A stretch of DNA of 34,863 nucleotides from Catajapyx aquilonaris. Lineage: Eukaryota. Location: NCBI GenBank assembly GCA_000934665.2, contig JYFJ02004103.1:1-34863 (forward strand), given 5' to 3'. A program made the position numbers and the translations under genes. The notes beneath the pieces were generated by a model that was given only the letters and a program-made list of their open reading frames with translations, was not told where the DNA came from and searched no databases. Shown here piece after piece: positions 24,001-34,863 of this stretch (its first letter is position 1; every line of letters starts with the position of its first letter).

Positions 24001-27000
24001 CTTTTAAACGTGTAACTCCGACCAGTACAGACCTGTCCTTTCTTCTAAATCAACCAATTTCATCCCCAATCATTTTCAAATGTGCGCTTTTCGGAGGGGA
24101 CTCATTTCCCCGCTCAAGATTGACTTTCGCTTTTGGAACAAAATTAGGGGGAAAAACTGTCATAATTTTTAGCAAAAGGTCACATGCTGAAGAGCGATTT
24201 TGTCAAGTACAATCGCATTGTTGCCTTTTGAAGTCTGTCAACTGGATCTGGAATTTAGTTTATCAAGGGTACATAGCCTCTTTGCGTGTTGTCTAATTTG
24301 CTAATGACAACTTTTTGAAAACAGGTACATGGCTCAACTCTCATTATGACATCAAAGAAATCGTTCAACTGAGGACTTATTTTTACAGAGATGCTCCATT
24401 ATACTTTTAGTGGATGTTGGCCATCATAATAGCCAATATATTGTAAAAGTGAAATGCAGATTTGATCCCTTTGATGCAGCAGTTGTGACTAGACAGATTC
24501 TAATTTGGCAATAGCACATGGCCAGAAAACAGTGTAATATGTGCAAAAATAGTTGTTTTATTCAGCGGTTTACAGATGTATTAAATAGGCTATCCAGAAC
24601 TTAATTTGAGTGAAAAATGCAATGGTGGTTGCCTAAGCTAAGGATAGAGTCAACCTTAGTATACCATGAGAAGCGCCTTTGCTCGGCACAACCATCATTA
24701 CATATTTTGCTAAAAATTTAAAGGCGTTCTGCAATTCATGCAATTTCGCCCCAGAATATGTCCTCCAAGTAACAGAAAGGATCTTTCAGGGGAGATTATT
24801 TTTTGTCCGCATCAAATTATAAATGCTACAATCCTTTACTGAAAAAACCCCACTAAAGTAAAAATCAATCGAATGTGAGTCTGGATCGTTCTGCATTTCA
24901 AGTCTTCATATTCTGAAGAGTGGTATTCTTAAAGGCGAAAACCGACGTAACCTGATAGCGCAACGTATACTTCTTTACTCCATTACAGCATGTGAATTAT
25001 CATGTGTGACATTGTAAAAAAAGCCTATTAATACACGCGACTGTATTTTCAGGTGTGGAACAGTAACAGGTTTAAATATCTCAATAGGCGACGAGAGTTG
25101 ACGCGGAAAAATGCATCCATTTACAGTAACTGGTTTTAGGCAAAAACCTTCATCAAATACACAGCATTGTTCTTTAGCACGAGTGATACTCGCGTGATTA
25201 ATAACACTGGCGCAGTGTCGCATAATTAATATAACCCACACCTGAATAGGATATAAAGCATGTGCACAATGCAATCCCACAGTCGTTGGAAGCGTGGCAT
25301 AGAAAGCGCCATATAGGCCCTCCGGGTGTTTACTGTTTATAAAACAGAGGTGGGTGCAATAGTAGCGAGCGTTGAACAACGACCAATTTAGAATACGCCT
25401 ACTCTCCCCAGATTAACTCGTGTTAAATTTACCACGAGGATAATCGGTATCATGCATGACCACCTGAATCAGACTAGGTGCTCGAATATTGATCCTTCCT
25501 CGTTTCTCCGACACGATAATGAACGCGACTCGAGGCACCTGCTGAAGGTACTGTACCACGCAGTTCAGATATAGCGCAGTACTCTTTTCTTACACACCAG
25601 TGGACATTGTTTAAGCAAGCATGTGGTGAACACTAATACATGGTGATGATGATGTGTCGCTTCTGAGTATCAAGGTCTCCATGGACGTCAACACAAGTTC
25701 TTGTACAGCGTAATCTTTTAGTGTGCAAATATTTACAAAAAATTTATAAATTAACCACATTGATTTAAAAGTATAGGCCTATTTAAGCTTAAACTGATAT
25801 CGTTTCTTAACATTATAGAGATGATTTAAAATGCCGCAGGGGGAGAGGGATTATTGGGAATTATGTTTCAAGGGTTATACCTATAGACTCCCATGCAATC
25901 CTCTGTCACACCAATCCAACCAATCCAACCACCTCCAAAAAACTAGCTGGTGTCCGAGAGGTAGCGAGGATTGGGCCAGCACACACGTATGTTGAACAAA
26001 ATAAAACTTGGATACTCAAGTGGCAAATACGTATAAAGTTAATTAGTAAATTACAATAGGAGCACACTTGGCAATTACTGCTTATTTTCCCCGCCATTGA
26101 TACAAATTGTCGGATGTTGACGAGTCACTTTACTGTTGAGGTCAGCAATTTTCTTGTTGTGCATGGATTGATATAAAAATGTCATTATTAGCAAACACGT
26201 ATTTTCATTCAGTTAAAGTATAATTCATCCCATATATGACTATATGGGGACATTTATATTGTGATATTTAGGGACGGTGTTATAAACATAAATGAAGGAG
26301 TCAATCTGCGATTATGTCAGGTTATGTAATACAAATACTGTAACTGTGCATAATATGAGATTTTTTAAAAAACTTACTCTCTAAAAAAATAAGAGTTAAA
26401 TTAACTCTTNGTATAATATTATTGTGAGTGCAATATTCTCTTTAGTCTGTCGCCAAACCTGTCTAGTTATTTTTATCCGTTAGTTGGAAAAAATGAAAAC
26501 ATGTAGTCCTATAAAGGGAACATGGAACTTTTCCAAAATAACTTTACATCAGTGCCGAAATCCCTTCGTAATTATGTGAACAGCTTTCCAACTGATGTCA
26601 GGTTGTTGATGTTAAAGTCTTGCACTTGTCACTTTGTGGCACTTGTGAATCAGAGGATACCACTTACTAGTGTATGGAATGATGTAGTAAATGAAAAGTA
26701 ATAAAAATCTTCAATTAGGCTTTAATGTTAAATAAATACAAGCAGGAGTATTTGAACTTTCTCATGCATTACATATGTATTATTTCAGTTTCCCTATGAG
26801 CAGAAGCACATTTTCACTCGTATATAAATTTTCTTGCTGCACTACTTGCAGGTAAACATGCTTTAATTTGACTTAAACGTGCAGTGAACTTCCATCGACC
26901 GAGCATTCAGAATCCGGATTTGCTGGTACAGTATTTGCCCCTGGGAGTTATGTATTATGGAGAAGTAGGAGCACAAGAGAGCCGGATAGGTTAGCGCATT

Positions 27001-27078
27001 TCCAGGATGAAAATTTGCGAGACTCGGGCTTCTTGACTCTTGATTGGATGGGCGCATACAAAGTTATATGACAAATTA

Positions 27079-27160
27079 GGGAGCAACTGTGGTCTAGTAA
27101 TTATGTCACAGCCCAAGCCAAGTGGGAATTCCGGGGTTCAAATCCCGTCCCGGTCACCTT
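27079..27160 (+). mobile_element. Degenerate tRNA-derived SINE head
   Basis: A box TGGTCTAGTAA (27090-27100) and B box GGTTCAAATCC (27135-27145); it does not fold into a clean cloverleaf. Confidence 0.55.
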
Positions 27161-28906
27161 CGCATGAGCAACGAGTCCCCTGGTGGGAGATTGACCTGCG
27201 GTTCTGACTCATTATGTGTGCTTATTATATTGCAGGCTAAATGCTTAAGTCGATTATTAAGGTGGAAATGAAGCTAGAGTCACTCAATGAGAATTTTATG
27301 AAAAAAACATATGTTACGCAGTTTTGTGTCCTCTTATCAATGGCGCAAAGAAAAATACACGTCACCGTGCAAATTAGCGAACTGGAGGGCTCAGAAGTTC
27401 GCGATTTAACATGGGCCCTTATGGCAGAATTTTCAATAGTCCACAAAAAAATCATAAGTAAATGAGAATTTTAAAATTAAATGTGGAATATGTCGGGACT
27501 TATATACTGATCGCAACCGCAAAAAGAAAACCCTACCTCACCGTGCTCTTTCAATTTGTATTGCGGAAAAACGATCCGAAAATGATCCAGTGACGTCACC
27601 TTGCTCCACTCGAGTGAGGCAGTGGCAACACTGCGCTGTTTACGGTAGCGAGATACGGTTGCATACGACCGCGAAATATGAGTGCAAGTTAGTATGATGG
27701 TTTTTACAAGGGCTCACACAGGATTTTCGTTTGGCGGGGGTGTTTGTCTGACGTCAGAACCGTTATATTGGTTTATATAGTTATAATTATAATAGAATAA
27801 TCGAATGATTCGAATCCACACGGCAATGCCGTCACATACTGCTACGCTATAATTGGCCCGGACCTTTGCTGTGTTGCCGATTCTACCTGTCACACGCGTA
27901 CCAACTGAACGTGTTCCAAATCCGACACAAATGAAGAGCTACAGGCTCCCCTTTCGGAACTAATCTTTTAAAAATGCCACGACAAATTGGGACCTCCTAA
28001 TTACGACCGAATAAAATCGATTTCCATCAAAAATAACAAATATTAAGCACACCTCCAAATACCATGTTTAAGTTGGCAGCCGTGACAATTGCGCCTGCGC
28101 ACAAAAACTTGCCGCCGGTAATGGGCCCATATTAAATCGAGTTTAAAACGCAGATTCGAATGGAATGCATAGGATTGAACAGCATTTCCTGCTGCATCGG
28201 TTGCGTATGTTTCCCTGATTTTAGCCCTTCTTATTAACATTCCAATTCTAGACTCTCATTTGACTAGCAAGTCGCTTCATTTCCACCTTAAGTGGACAAT
28301 ATTTAAGGCCGTCACCTTCCATTGTAAATCCTTCGTCGGGACCAAGTAAAAGTTCCAAATTGGACAAGTTTTCACTGCATCCAATGTATGTTAATCAGTG
28401 TAGACTTGTTTCACAACATTATGACACTATACGCGTAACTCTTATAACCCTGCGTGCCAATATTTTTCTCTACATTATTATTCCGAAACTTCTTGTACAC
28501 TACAGTACACTGAAGTGAAATGTGAGTGTTAACTGTACTGTACAGTAGGTCTGCAACACTCAGCGGCAAGATTATTATTTTAACAGTGTACTCATAACAT
28601 ACGGTACGGTACTATTTTTGTGGCATTAGCATTTTATTTGCACACTTGAGAGTAAATTCACTATTTATCTAGTGGTAAAAAATGGACACTACTTTAGCCA
28701 CACTTACCTATGGGAACTTACCGCAAGCCTGCATCAACAAACCTAGCAATTACAAACTCGAACTCAAAATAAAATTATGCCTGTAGTGTAAGTATAGTAT
28801 TGTATACTGTACACGTGTGTACAAGAAAAAACTGCGACAAGCAGAAAGCAGCTTTGTTTAGAATACCATCTCCGGTACCCTCTTGACACTAGAAATAATA
28901 TGAATC

Positions 28907-28910
<4 letters not shown>

Positions 28911-28961
<51 letters not shown>
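28911..28961. repeat. (AAT)17 microsatellite (SINE tail)
   Basis: Uninterrupted AAT run abutting the SINE 3' end. Confidence 0.95.
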
Positions 28962-28962
<1 letters not shown>

Positions 28963-29215
28963 GATACCCCGTGATAGGCCCCTTGGGCCTCTTAGGGGAT
29001 CATCTTTTGAATAACCAACTTTAATCATTTGCCTGAAATGTGATGGATTTTGATAGTGGGAGGAAACGGGAGAACCCCGAGAAAACCCACGCGAACACGG
29101 AGAGAACCCATCGAAACTCTATCCACATAAGTATCCTCCGTCCGACCCGGGGATCGAACTCGGGACCTTAGAGGTGGAAGGCTGCGGCGCTAACAACTCG
29201 GCCACCGTGTCGCCC
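28911..29215 (-). mobile_element. Full-length tRNA-derived SINE with V domain, (ATT)17 tail and TSD
   Basis: The minus strand starts GGGCGACACGG. It carries an A box TGGCCGAGTTG (29204-29194), a B box GAGTTCGATCC (29161-29151) and a V-domain-like GTTCTCTCCGTGTTCGCGTGGGTTTTCTCGGGGTTCTCCCGTTTCCTCCCAC (29107-29056). A 3' stem-loop (28967-28998) precedes the (ATT)n tail. Flanking direct repeats AAATA(A/T)TATGAATCATATA are at 28893-28911 and 29217-29235. Confidence 0.92.
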
Positions 29216-32200
29216 TAAATATTATGAATCATATATTCAGTTGATGGCAAAATTTTACTGGTTTCTGATAATTTGCTTAATAATTTACAGATGCCTTAAC
29301 CAACAGTGATAAACCTCACTGGCCGGTGCTTAATCCCCAACTCTCGTAACAAGTTAAATCAATCACTCTGAAAACGAGTGAATGGCGACGCTATGACCTT
29401 AGTTGATCGATTCTGGCCTTGCCCCTCCGAAAAGGTCGGCCAGTTCTGAATAAATAAAAACACGATTTGGGACTTGCATATCTGCAGTAATGTCACAACA
29501 AGCCCGGCGTGAATGCCAAACGAGATTTGCCGTTTATATTGGTCGCCAGCTTGCACAAGAGTGATTAATTCCTTCAATGTAAATGATGTAATGTGTAAGC
29601 ATACCCATGGTGCCTTCTGTACCGTTGTTGGAATCACAAAACAGCTTTTGTGAACTTTTCCCATTTGTGTGGCATAGAGGACATCTGGCTTCTTGTGTGC
29701 CAGGTTGTGCCAAGAGAGCGAAATGGATAAATGCATTTTGTTACCGGTCCTTATTCCGTTTCTCTTTTGTGGCTGCAAGGCATGTTTCACCCGCATCAAC
29801 GTAGGTCAACGACTTACAAAATGGAATTTTTTGCAGACAATCTAAGGCGAAAGTGGAATCCTCCTCTCGCCTCATTTCATATTCGCGAGACTTGACAGAA
29901 AGGAGTCCTTTGTTCCCCAGGCAGCAAGACAGGATGAAACAGGATTGGAAATATAGTTAAGTTATGACGAGTGCTTCTGAAAGGAGTCCCGGCAAGATCA
30001 CCTCCCAGTATGTCAAGTCTCACTAGATTTTTTTCATTGGGGTGTCAAAATCCTTCCAATATAATATATGAGACTTGGGAGCAATGCACTATTGGAGACA
30101 GAAGTTACGTGGACTATATGGTTTCGATTCTGACTTGGATGAGGAAGCGCCTTTATTTCAATCTAATAACAAAATATAAGTCATTTTGGTATGTGCAGTG
30201 CGTTTTCCGAAACTCTATGCCTGCAATAATGCTTAGCATACACGAACCACAGCTAATGGGTGCGCTGTGCAAAATCACATTCTCTTGGGACTTTTGCTGC
30301 AGATTTCAGGCATAAACCCGACCTGGACATGAGTTCCTTTAAAAAAATCATTAGAAGAATTGCAATAACATTATTAAAGTTAGGAAGAATTCAGTTTTGG
30401 TGGAATTTACCTCTGCCGTACACGAACTGTAACATCCTCATCAGTGTGTAAATTAGATCAACGTTGCAAGTACTACCAGCCTTCCCTTCCATACAACTCC
30501 CAGGCCTCTTCCCTTGAAGCCATTCTTAACGATGCTTAAACCGTGTATATTCATCACAAATTTACGAGGCCCTGAACAATAGCTCATTTCTCCTTCATTA
30601 TTAACGATCAGTGAAAGAGGATTCGCATCATTCCACCCGAGTGTCCTCTTTTAGGCTGCAAGATTACATCGGTTTGTGATATAATATACATGACATGTTG
30701 TGATAATTATAATATTCTCTCTGTGTTGGAAAATGTTCTACCATGTACCTGCCAGCTGAAGTTGTCTTTGGATTGCAACCTGGCAAATAAGACTACATTA
30801 TTCATAACCATTTTATTGTGATCGACAAATGCCTTTAAAAATACTGTACAATAGATTAAAACGTAGAGAATATGATCCCATTTTTAATTATTTGCTCTCT
30901 ACCTTTGTCAAAAACATTAAAAATCAATAATTTTCATATTTTGGTAGATTTGAACCGTGTTGAAATTGCCCAAGTGAAACGTCATACTTTACTGTACAGT
31001 AATTTTTCCTTATGAATATTGTCAATAAGTACTGCAATAGACCCTCTCCTTACCATGCTGTTACTGTACACTGTACATGGTGGAGAGCCACTATTGCATA
31101 GTAATGAGACATTAATTGACCTTTCCAAGCCCAAAATATCCTACATCATTTTTGGCTGGCAAGGCGTCGCGTCGTTAAGGCGTGCGACGGCAATTAATTT
31201 TCGGTGATGTCAATACGTGAATTATACATACATAGTGGTGAAAAAGGGTGACCTACTTCTTCTAGGTCTAGGACACAGGTTCGTAGCAATATTACAAGGC
31301 TACATTACCCTACAGTAGGCTATTCTCTATCACTGCTGAAAAAACGTTACAGATACTGATATAGTTTATCGAATGGAATCAAATGAATAGACTGTAGTAA
31401 TGTGGGTATATTAAGAAATCTTCTCTCACTTATAACAAGTACATATTTTCTGACCTACTAAAATTGAGAGAGCTCAGGAATACCAAAGAGTCGCAAGAAA
31501 GTCCGCAACATTTCAACCAATACGGAAGTAAGGTAAATTATGAAACACGCGGTTTATGCACCGACACATAACTGACGTAATGCACTGTACATCAACGGCG
31601 AGCCACAAAACTATTCCGCATTCAAAATTCCATCCCGGGCAACACACTTATCCAGCACCGTCCATAATAAATTAGAGTAACTTATTTATAATATTCACCT
31701 TTCCTTGATCTGCCTTGACCTTTGCTGACAAGCGTGTTAAATATTTCAAGATTTGGGGTACACGCCTAAACGGCAAACAAAATGATACCATTATCTCCAT
31801 TACTGCTTCTGGGGCACAAATAGGCTGTGCAATTATTATTCCTCAAACGATACCACCAGACTTCCTACTTCTATATAGACAACCTCTGTTTCATTCAATC
31901 TAACAGGTGTATTAGCCTTTGCCGCCCATTAAAGTAACCTTCACGGAGTAACTGCGTAATGAAAAGAAACTTAGTACCGACATCACGGTAACTAAATACA
32001 CCATTTCAAGTTTAACGCAACGTTATGTTCTTCCATTCTTCTATGATTAATAATCCGATGAATTTCCAAAAATTATTATTTCACACAGATTCCACATATC
32101 CATATCGACCCCAGGAATTTCACTCATTTTACTAATGTAAATTAACTTAGATATGCAGTTACTTATTAATGAAGTTTTTTGCGCATACGACGTGCCTCCT

Positions 32201-34391
32201 GCCACCATGCGACATTTTTAAAAAATCTCTTATCCTGTCAAAAAATTTAAGCCACATTCATAATAAATGATAACAGCATGAGAATCCTTTCAGTGATATC
32301 CCCAAAGCGTCCAAGGCTAAGCTTATACGCAGCCGACCTCTGTTTATATGGCGTGATATCGGAAAAATGAATTCTTCATCGGTCCGGAAGCTGGCCTCAA
32401 AACTCCGGAACATTATATGCAAATTGGGCCTCTTCTGCCGTGCGGCCAAAGACTTTATTATTTGACTTTCCGACCTACTCCCCCGACTGGCAATGAAAGA
32501 TAAATGAGAGTCCGCTCAATGATGACAGTCGCCTACTACCCAGAGGGCCTTTGCTCTTCCCACATTATCATAATGAGGATTATAATCCTGGTCAGAGGGG
32601 GATACTAAATGGGATCATCTCTCACCAAATTCCTTCCCAAATTGGCCTTTGAGGAAGGGTTCCCCCGATGAGAGCATTCTTTGCTCATTAGTCATTAGAG
32701 GATCATTCAGGAGTAATCGCGCTTTTTTACTGCAGGTGCGTTATTGCAGGGTCAGTTGGTTGAATATGGTGGCAGTAGTTTGACCTTGACCTTGTGTGAT
32801 TAACGTCTAAAGAGAGTGCTTAAGGGAAATTTGTGGTGCTAATATGCCTCCATATCAGCTTAACACAAACTCAATTAATCACATATTTAGTTAACAATAT
32901 TCTTCCACTTGTTTGCATGTGACATGCTTTTCAACTCAAATCCGTTCATACTTTTGTACCTGAGAGTTCCACTACCAAAAATGTAACCTGAAATGCTACA
33001 GTTCCATCCTATATATACACCTTAGACAGCTTAGCGCTAAAGAAGTAGCTTCTCGAGTCAACCCATGTGGCTGATTTTGCCCTCTGAAATCAAGTCGTAT
33101 GATCTTGTAAAAAGATATCATTCTGGCCACAAATCCCAGCTTTCTTCTTTTGAGAAAATAGGAGGAAGGAAAGTCAAGGAAAGAGTGAGTAGTGTGACTT
33201 TTTTTCTGCAGCGTCTCATCTGGTCGTGTACACAAAACGACGTGTTTCTTCCTGTTTTCCCCTGATCCAATTGCGAGATCAGGTTGACGTCCCACAAATT
33301 GCCAGGAAAGCCCTCCGTTTTTCCTCATCACTTGTTTGTGTGACCAGCTTTCCTTTTTCCAAAATTGCTTTTTTTGGGGACTCTTCTTTTTTTTGTCGGC
33401 GCCTTTATTTGCTCACAGTCCGGACACCAACTTTGATCCCGGAGTCGTTGACTCTTTTACTCTCTACTTCCATCTTTAATGCGATTAGTTCAAAGGAAAA
33501 CTTGGGTTGTGATCCTAATACAGTTTTGCCTCCCAAACTTTTGCTGCCATGCCACCTCCGAAACGCAAATAACGTTCAGCGAAGGGCAAATCGTATAACC
33601 TGTATTGAGTTATGTAGGGTGTCCCAGAAGTACAGGAGTATGCTGCTGCAGGCGTGTTAGCTTCATTTTTTTTCATTTTTTATCCGGGCAATTCCGTTGA
33701 GACTGACAGGACTGGAGGATGTCAACAACTGTCACCTGCTCAAGGAAAAAGAGGTGAGAACCCAATTAGGAAATGGGCAATTCCCAAACAGACGGCACAG
33801 TTTGTGCCCGTTTGGGATGTGACAAATATTACCGCGGACCCTAGTTCTTTGGTATATCTTGTGAGTGTGACAAGTGAGAAATGTGTCACTGGTAGTGGCG
33901 GTCACAGGATACACGATAATACATTTGTCGAATGTAATGGATCCTGCGAGTTTTGGAAGGTGTCGCTTAAATATTACGAAAATGTCAGGGGGTCATGAGC
34001 ATAAATCAGCTAGTGCTGTAGTTCGTCGCAATATAACGTGGATTATCTGCCCATCACACCCGAGAGTTCCCACGTTTTCGTTTGATGATTGCTCTCATTC
34101 AAATTACTGTTACAGTATCTCTTCGAATTCCATTGTAATTGATATTGCGGCAGAAACTTTTAAAAAGAGCTATGTGAGTGGTCTTTCATTAGGTAAGCCC
34201 TATATCATTTATCAAGGAGTTTGCACCCGGCAAACTTCGCCCACCTACTGGTACCGAAATAGCCACAGATTTTGTACTTGATCAACTTGATTTTATAAAG
34301 AGAAAGTTCCCTGACTGGTCACCGGTATTTTTATCTGAAAAATATACAGTGCAAATTAACAGTTAGCGAACTATGACTTATTTCCTAAATA

Positions 34392-34863
34392 CGAGGAGTG
34401 ATCAAAAAGTAAGGTCTCCAAGGCTGTAACCTTTATTCTGTATGAACACAAATTACGAAACTTACAGGGTACATGAGGACAATGGACATCTACTTTTCTA
34501 CATAGTTTCCACACCGAAGAACGCACTTATCCCATCGCCAGACCAGTTCTCAATCCCTTCCCAATAGAAAGGGGTGCCCTGTTGACAGCACAAGTTACAC
34601 AGCCTTCTTCACCTCATCGTCGCTTCGGAAATGCTGACCTGCCATGTCTGCTTTCAGGGCTCTGAATCAGTGATAGTCTGTGAGGGCTAGGTCGGGACTA
34701 TAGGGTGTGTGAGGAAGAACTTCCCAGTCGTATCCATTCAGCAAAGCCATGGTGTCCCTCGATGTGTCCGGACGGGCGTTGTCGTGGAGAAGGATGACCC
34801 CAGCAGTGAGCAATCCTGGAAGTTGCGACTATCAATTCAGAGCGCAGTGACCCTGGCGAAGTT
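34392..34863 (-). mobile_element. Mariner (DD34D) transposon, 3' end with TIR; runs off window
   Basis: The terminus TA|CGAGGAGTGATCAAAAAGT resembles irritans-type mariner TIRs and lies ~100 bp past the transposase stop. Confidence 0.9.
34490..34819 (-). pseudogene. Mariner transposase C-terminal catalytic fragment, inactivated
   Basis: The minus strand reads PGLLTAGVILLHDNARPDTSRDTMALLNGYDWEVLPHTPYSPDLALTDYH*FRALKADMAGQHFRSDDEVKKAV*...LVWRWDKCVLRCGNYVEK*. There are 34 residues between the D of HDNA and the D of LALTD. Stops occur at 34667-34669 and 34595-34597, plus frameshifts. Confidence 0.93.

Larger units (their letters stand above)
11405..34863 (+). other. Intron of the NCX/Calx gene (5' donor GTGAGT at 11405, phase 2); extends beyond the window
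   Basis: A consensus donor interrupts CBD2 at the position where the big NCX exon ends in other animals. Downstream DNA becomes AT-rich and repeat-laden. By eye I found no exon resembling the expected continuation (K-x-I...S/E-YEK...F...LGEP). Confidence 0.75.

Noticed and set aside
26391..26410. Palindrome AAGAGTTAAATTAACTCTT followed by an N
   Set aside because: It is short and sits next to an ambiguous base or possible assembly join, so it cannot be interpreted.
27079..27160. Functional tRNA gene
   Set aside because: A and B boxes are present but there are no proper acceptor or anticodon stems; it is treated as a SINE head.
29359..29799. 146-aa minus-strand ORF and an INHSC (SET-like) word in another frame
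   Set aside because: It is a single short motif with a nearby stop and no other convincing SET motifs.
1..34863. CRISPR array, operon or prokaryotic defence system
   Set aside because: There are no regularly spaced direct repeats and no dense ORFs; the architecture is that of a metazoan gene with a large intron.

Overview
This is animal (most likely arthropod) genomic DNA, not a prokaryotic locus. The only well-supported protein-coding feature is the large first coding exon (9675-11404, +) of a Na+/Ca2+ exchanger (NCX/Calx, SLC8 family). It encodes a signal peptide, the alpha-1 repeat, XIP, a complete CBD1 and the start of CBD2, and it ends at a GT donor. A correctly spaced Inr/MTE/DPE core promoter lies upstream (~9405), and two short uORFs lie in the putative 5' UTR. 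The rest of the window is AT-rich upstream DNA and an intron of more than 23 kb with no recognisable next exon. These regions carry foldback elements/MITEs (427-581, 2859-3051, ~17039-17424, 20664-21097), a young V-domain tRNA-SINE with a target-site duplication, degenerate SINE heads, and a decayed DD34D mariner at the right edge. TACAGTA/TACTGTA heptamers, which resemble Tc1/mariner excision footprints, are in excess across the window. I find no convincing novel multi-gene system. The most interesting items are the footprint-like motif excess, the hairpin elements and the promoter/uORF architecture.
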